Shown in pieces: positions 59,227 through 64,000 of a stretch of DNA of 64,000 nt. Position numbers and translations under genes: made by a program. The notes under the pieces were generated by a model. That model was not told the DNA's origin. It made no database searches and saw only the letters and a list, made by a program, of their open reading frames with translations. The stretch is from an uncultured Gammaproteobacteria bacterium (GTDB lineage Bacteria; Patescibacteriota; Microgenomatia; Levybacterales; UBA12049), in the NCBI GenBank assembly GCA_965230895.1, contig OZ246394.1, forward strand, positions 980,668 to 1,044,667. The letters run 5' to 3'. Each line of letters begins with the position of its first letter. Positions within the stretch are counted from its first letter, which is position 1.

Positions 59227-61635
59227 TCAGGAGACATCAGCATGAAGTGCGCCTGTACCATCAATAGTAAAGTTAACTTTTTTACCACGATCTATTTCCT
59301 TCGTCAAACGTTTCTGCGCAATAATATCTTCAACTGTATCTTGTAAATATCGTCGTAAAGGACGTGCCCCAAAGTCTTTATCAAAGCCTTCTTGCGTAAT
59401 CTTTTCAATGACGGCGTCGTCAAAAGTTAATGTAATATCCTGTGCCGCCAATGACTTTGTTAATTGAGCTAATAATAACTTTGTTACAGCAACGACTTGC
59501 TCTGGACCAAGCGGATTAAAGGTCACGACATCATCAAAACGATTGAGTAGCTCTGGTTTGAAAATACCTTTTGTTTGTAACTGCTCCAGCAACCTTTGCT
59601 CAAATTTCTTATCAATCGCAGTACCTTTCTCAACTTCTTCACGAATAAATTCTGAACCGGCATTTGACGTAGCGATAATAATTGCATTGCGGAATGATAC
59701 TGTTGTTCCTTTATTATCAGTCAATCGACCATCATCGAGAACTTGCAAGAAAAGATTATGGATTGCAGGATTTGCTTTTTCAAATTCATCGAGCAAAATA
59801 AGTGATGCTGGATTATCATGAATTTTATCAGTCAGTTGGCCTCGGTCTTCTCCCTCGCCAGGTGCAGCTCCCAATAATCGCTTTAATCCATTCTCGTCAG
59901 TATATTCACTCATATCCAAACGAATCATGTGCTGCTCTCCTCCAAAGTAAAATTGTGCTAAAGCTTTCGCAGTCTCTGTCTTACCGACACCCGTCGGACC
60001 TAAAAAGAGAAAAGAAATAGGACGTTCACTGGTCGTCATACCAGAGCGGATACGTCGCATTGCTTCACTAATCGCTTTCACCGCGGTATCCTGGGCAATA
60101 ACTCGCTCATGCAGCTTGTCTTCGAGATGTAAGAGCAGATTAATTTCTTGTCCTGTTGGGAGTGCAATTGAAACATGGCTTGTTGCTTCGACTTTTTTAA
60201 CAACATCTTGTTCGAGCACCATCTTACGATGTGACTTTTCAAATGATGGACGTTCTTTTTCCTGAGAAACAGAATTAGCCACAGTTTCAAGCAAAGAGAC
60301 TGCACTTCCTGGTAAAACTTGATCCTGAAAAAAACGATTAGCAAGTTCAACAGCACTCAAAACTGCACGATAACTGATAATTACTCCATAGGTATTTTCT
60401 ATTTTAGCTGCTTCTCCTAATACCATCTGGATCGCATTAGCAGGCTCAACCGGTTTTAGTTCAACAACGGCAAAGGCCTCTTTTAAAGGATTTTTTTCCA
60501 TATACGTTTTGTAACTTCCAGTTGTCATTGTGGCGACCATGGGAATATTTCCACTTTTTAGGTATGGCAAAAGCGCACCTGAAAGATCCAGTCCATATGA
60601 TGATGCACCTAATATATTTTGAAAATCAGGGATATAGACAAATACATCATTTGCATGAGAGATCTCGGCAATAATATTTTGTAGTCGTAATTCAAGGTCA
60701 TTACGATTTCCAGCACCAGCTGTTAGCGCTCCGACCAGTAATTGGAAAATTCGCTTATGATTAAGATAGCCGCCTAGATTTCCAGTGAAACTATGATACG
60801 CAAGCGCTCGGACTAAGTTCTCTTTTCCTGATCCGATATCGCCGACGATAAGCACATTATTATTTTCAATTTTCGTAAGCCCTTCCAAAACCATTTTAAA
60901 TTCTGACTCTCGCCCACCAATATGTGGTTCTGTTCTTAAAGCGTAGTTTGTAAATAATGCAGTATATTTTTTTGTTTCAGGAGTCCAACCTGAGGTAAGC
61001 GCTTCACCAATTCCTCCACCTGCAAAATTAATTCGTACCGGTTTTGGATTTTCTTCATCTGGTAAGTCGAGACGAACCCAATAGAGGATATTGTATAAGT
61101 CTGTTATCTTGAGCTGTTTGGCAAATAATATCTTTGTATCCTTTTCAATTAAGAAGAGATATGCCACAAGAACATCCAAGGTGGTTACATACTTTGCTTT
61201 AAATGTCTGAGCTGTTTGAAATGCACTTTGTGCAAGTAATTTTTTATCAACTTCCTGCACTACAAGATCTTTACTGGTGATATTAGCTTTTTGCAGGACA
61301 AGTTTCACTTGAGGGTAAGTCATAAGGCGCTTAATTAATGACGTTGCGTTAGGTTCTGTTATAAATCCATACAATGCAGCCATAGTAAATGATTCATACA
61401 TATTCTCTTCTTTATTTTTGGAGACTTCAATTTTGGGAACTGCACGGCTTATCTTGTAATGAAAGAATACCTCAAACATTACAAACAGATTAAAAAGAAA
61501 AACACTAAAGTTGGCTGGAATATCATTTGATACTTGATACAGTATTAAAGACAATAGCATCGCACAAGCGACAAGTCTGATGCTTCGCACGAGTGCGGTT
61601 CTATAAAATCGGTATAGTCGGACAGATAATTCCAT
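59227..61635 (-). CDS. Membrane-anchored Hsp100/Clp-family AAA+ protein with degenerate first nucleotide-binding domain
   Basis: 802 aa. Two N-terminal hydrophobic helices. D1 Walker A GDIGSGKEN (consensus GxPGVGKT) and Walker B VFVYIPDF (DE lost). D2 is intact (GPTGVGKTE, ILLDEFEKA, GARPLRR). Confidence 0.7.
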   Translation of the reverse strand: MELSVRLYRFYRTALVRSIRLVACAMLLSLILYQVSNDIPANFSVFLFNLFVMFEVFFHYKISRAVPKIEVSKNKEENMYESFTMAALYGFITEPNATSLIKRLMTYPQVKLVLQKANITSKDLVVQEVDKKLLAQSAFQTAQTFKAKYVTTLDVLVAYLFLIEKDTKILFAKQLKITDLYNILYWVRLDLPDEENPKPVRINFAGGGIGEALTSGWTPETKKYTALFTNYALRTEPHIGGRESEFKMVLEGLTKIENNNVLIVGDIGSGKENLVRALAYHSFTGNLGGYLNHKRIFQLLVGALTAGAGNRNDLELRLQNIIAEISHANDVFVYIPDFQNILGASSYGLDLSGALLPYLKSGNIPMVATMTTGSYKTYMEKNPLKEAFAVVELKPVEPANAIQMVLGEAAKIENTYGVIISYRAVLSAVELANRFFQDQVLPGSAVSLLETVANSVSQEKERPSFEKSHRKMVLEQDVVKKVEATSHVSIALPTGQEINLLLHLEDKLHERVIAQDTAVKAISEAMRRIRSGMTTSERPISFLFLGPTGVGKTETAKALAQFYFGGEQHMIRLDMSEYTDENGLKRLLGAAPGEGEDRGQLTDKIHDNPASLILLDEFEKANPAIHNLFLQVLDDGRLTDNKGTTVSFRNAIIIATSNAGSEFIREEVEKGTAIDKKFEQRLLEQLQTKGIFKPELLNRFDDVVTFNPLGPEQVVAVTKLLLAQLTKSLAAQDITLTFDDAVIEKITQEGFDKDFGARPLRRYLQDTVEDIIAQKRLTKEIDRGKKVNFTIDGTGALHADVS

Positions 61636-61642
61636 AATCTAA

Positions 61643-62020
61643 TTACAAAAATAATAACCAAATCGTTGCAAACGGCAAGAATATATAACCCAGAAACACA
61701 GTAATTTCAAAGAGAAGTAATAGGAAAAGCATTAATACATCAGCAAGAATAAGCCATGTTTTGACAAAGATACCCATAGCCCTTGAAAAACCGACTAATC
61801 CTTGTCTGTATTCATTTTTTATAGGTTGAAAGTACGTCTTTATAAAAAGTGGTAATGAAAATAGATGAAAAAATGAGCTATTCAGGGAAGCAAAGAACTG
61901 GAGTAAGGAAAGTGGACTTTCATAAAACCAAAATTTTAAAAATAGAATCGGTACATTTAAATAGCTTCTATGCCAAACAAAATGAGGTAAGTGAACCTGG
62001 ACAGGTTTTGTATTTTTCAT
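61643..62020 (-). CDS. Small polytopic membrane protein (125 aa)
   Basis: Highly hydrophobic, Phe/Leu-rich; ends 7 nt before the start of the membrane-anchored Clp-like gene. Confidence 0.35.
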   Translation of the reverse strand: MKNTKPVQVHLPHFVWHRSYLNVPILFLKFWFYESPLSLLQFFASLNSSFFHLFSLPLFIKTYFQPIKNEYRQGLVGFSRAMGIFVKTWLILADVLMLFLLLLFEITVFLGYIFLPFATIWLLFL

Positions 62021-62129
62021 ATTCCCAACACAAAGAATCCGAACGAATTCGGTCCTTATCTTAAGTATATGCAGTCGAACTGATAATTACAATGCAAGGA
62101 AACACGAGTGGGACAGAGAAGTTAAGAAA

Positions 62130-64000
62130 TTATTCTATTTCTTCGTGGCGGGATTGTGGCGCGACATAATTTACTGGCCGGAAGTTTGATGGAATTCCAG
62201 AGTAATTGTATGCTGACTGAGATGCCATTGCTGCACCATTGGACGCTACACCGTTTGCAGGTGGAGGCGTACTATCTACAGCACCATTTGGAAGACTTGT
62301 TGGAGCTGGAGTCTGGAAAACAGGTCCGGTATTCTCCGCTGGTGCATTTGTTGGCGCTTGCGGTGTAGTTGGTGCTGCTGCAGGATTATTAACAGCAGCT
62401 CCACCTGGTGCAGGAGCAACTGGTTCAGGCGCTGTTGGAGTATTTGCCGCTTGTCCATCAGTTGCTTGTGTCGGATTCTGATTAGGAGCCTGTGGAGCGC
62501 CACCTGGAACATTTTGTGGTTGATTAGCGTCTTGTCCCTCTGAAGGTTTTGACTCAGCGCTTTCAGCCGGCTTCACATCACTTGAATCAGATGATTGTCC
62601 GCCTTGTTCTGCTGAACCTTGATCATCAGGAGCAATATTCTTAACTCCTGCTGCTTCAAGTACCATAATTGCAATTTCATCCTTTTGTTGAGCTGCAGCA
62701 ACCATATCAGCAACCATCTTTTCTAATTCTTCATATTTTATAGTATCTTTGACACTAAGTACTGCTGCTGCTAATGCGTTACCTTTTTGACTTGCTTCAT
62801 TAAGCTTCGTTTGAACAGCAGTATACTTCTCTTTGTCTGCTGGTAATTCAGCTGTAACTGGATTATTAATTAACAGTAACGTTTTCTTAAAGTTACGCAG
62901 TGGTTGATGAGCCAGCTCTTCTTCAATTATCTTTAATATCTCAGTTGCTAATGGATCACCAGATTCTTTTGCAGCTTGCAACTCTTTTTGAATTCCAGCA
63001 ATGTCATCATCAGATGTGATATCAGTAATCGCAAGAATCTTTGTAGCTAAAGGATTACCTTCAGTCTTTGCTTTTTGCATCTTCTCGTAGACAACATTAA
63101 ATTGATCTTTAACTTCAGGGTCAGCGAGATACAATGGATTAATCAATTGTTTTAATACATTCTTAAACTTGGTAACAGGCTCTTCTTCATGTGCTGCCTC
63201 TGCTTCTTCGACAAGCTCACTATTTACTGCCGCGAGAATATCCTCAGCAAGGCTATCTTCATTTTCCTTTGCAACCTTCAATTCTGCCATCAAATCTTCA
63301 ATAGCTGCATCGGTTGTTGTATCGTTCACAGCAAGAATCTTTGCTGCCAAAGCATTTCCACGCTGATTTTCCATAGTCAGTTTCTCATGAAGTTCCATGA
63401 AACGAACCTTCTTATTACTATCTTTAATATTATCTGGATGAATGATCTCAAGAAGGATTTGCTTAAGCTTCAATGAGGCTTGGATCTGCTGTGCCATACT
63501 ATTTGCAAGTTCAATAATTTCGAAAGCTAGATTGTCACCTTTAGCTTTTGCTTCTTCAATTTGCTTACGTAAGGTTTGGATTTGCTTCAAATCTGTTGAA
63601 ACTGTTACTTCAAGGATGCTGCTTGCCATTGCATTCTTTTCAGTACGAGCTTGCGTTAATTTGTCGTGGAGGACAATAAAGCGTGATTTATCTGTAGTAC
63701 TTGTTATATTGTCTGGATTTGCCAAGTTAATCAAAACTGTTCGGAACTGCTCATCTGTAAGTGGAGCGACTGTTGCACCCGCACCACCCTTATTGAAGAC
63801 AAACTCATTGGTATTATCACTGTAATCGATCACAATTGTATCTCCAGCAACAAACTTCTTTGAAATAATTGCTAACGCAATGGGATTTTCAATAGCAGTT
63901 TGAACGAGTCTTCGGAGTGGTCGAGCACCATAGACTGGGTCATAACCATCTTTTGCCAATTGATTAACAGCTTTTTCAGTGATTTGAAGGTTAAAGCCTT
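62130..64000 (-). CDS. ClpB/ClpC-like AAA+ chaperone (5' end outside the window) with a ~540-aa C-terminal extension of four ~95-aa repeats plus a Pro/Ala/Gln/Asn-rich tail
   Basis: The frame is open to the window edge. The region near 63900-64000 encodes the D2 small domain (GYDPVYGARPLRRLVQTAIENP). Then come four degenerate repeats sharing F..LH.KL...T.GN.LA..IL.V.D.T.D..I..L..EL..AK..GD.LA.EIL, then a low-complexity tail. Confidence 0.7.
   Translation of the reverse strand, partial: GFNLQITEKAVNQLAKDGYDPVYGARPLRRLVQTAIENPIALAIISKKFVAGDTIVIDYSDNTNEFVFNKGGAGATVAPLTDEQFRTVLINLANPDNITSTTDKSRFIVLHDKLTQARTEKNAMASSILEVTVSTDLKQIQTLRKQIEEAKAKGDNLAFEIIELANSMAQQIQASLKLKQILLEIIHPDNIKDSNKKVRFMELHEKLTMENQRGNALAAKILAVNDTTTDAAIEDLMAELKVAKENEDSLAEDILAAVNSELVEEAEAAHEEEPVTKFKNVLKQLINPLYLADPEVKDQFNVVYEKMQKAKTEGNPLATKILAITDITSDDDIAGIQKELQAAKESGDPLATEILKIIEEELAHQPLRNFKKTLLLINNPVTAELPADKEKYTAVQTKLNEASQKGNALAAAVLSVKDTIKYEELEKMVADMVAAAQQKDEIAIMVLEAAGVKNIAPDDQGSAEQGGQSSDSSDVKPAESAESKPSEGQDANQPQNVPGGAPQAPNQNPTQATDGQAANTPTAPEPVAPAPGGAAVNNPAAAPTTPQAPTNAPAENTGPVFQTPAPTSLPNGAVDSTPPPANGVASNGAAMASQSAYNYSGIPSNFRPVNYVAPQSRHEEIE

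Noticed and set aside
61633-61645. Possibility that the small membrane ORF (61643..62020) and the membrane-anchored Clp-like gene are one frameshifted gene
   Set aside because: Different frames, a stop codon 7 nt before the ATG, and the small ORF has no Clp-like sequence; kept as separate genes.
62041-62054. Small CCGAA/TTCGG hairpin (contains a GAATTC site) after the ClpB-like gene as a terminator
   Set aside because: Only a 5-bp stem and a weak U-run; insufficient to call.

Overview
This is a densely coded, low-GC bacterial window of roughly 50 protein genes, with no rRNA, tRNA, CRISPR array or obvious mobile element. Most of it is conserved housekeeping, largely on the minus strand.

Recognisable operons are rpoB-rpoC-rpsL-rpsG (ending in a clear intrinsic terminator, with no fusA/tuf after it), nusA-infB-(DHH protein)-rpsO-pnp with no rimP/rbfA/truB, and groES-groEL with a sigma70-like promoter, a CIRCE-like operator and a terminator. 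Single-gene calls are secA, serS, rpsT, lepA, recQ, murJ, mltG, ftsK, a RodZ-like protein, RNase J and alaS.

Several features point to a small-genome Gram-positive-type lineage that makes peptidoglycan, possibly Patescibacteria/CPR-like; this is inference. They are a 615-aa AlaRS lacking the C-Ala domain, a 490-aa minimal IF2, lysine/arginine/acidic low-complexity tails on many conserved proteins, and a sortase together with MurJ, MltG, RodZ-like and M15 peptidase-like genes.

The accessory regions that deserve attention are:
- at the right edge (52.7-64 kb), two atypical Hsp100/Clp ATPases plus a small membrane protein, transcribed directly into two giant adhesin-like surface proteins;
- a sortase locus (31.1-34.3 kb) containing an unusual actin-like/TM/extracellular fusion protein and an unannotated SD-driven 50-aa ORF;
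- a PKD-domain surface protein with a non-canonical C-terminal sorting-like signal;
- a Lon-like AAA+ protein with no peptidase domain;
- a catalytically degenerate DHH (NrnA-like) protein in the nusA-infB operon.

All family assignments are by eye from the supplied translations; no database search or alignment was run.
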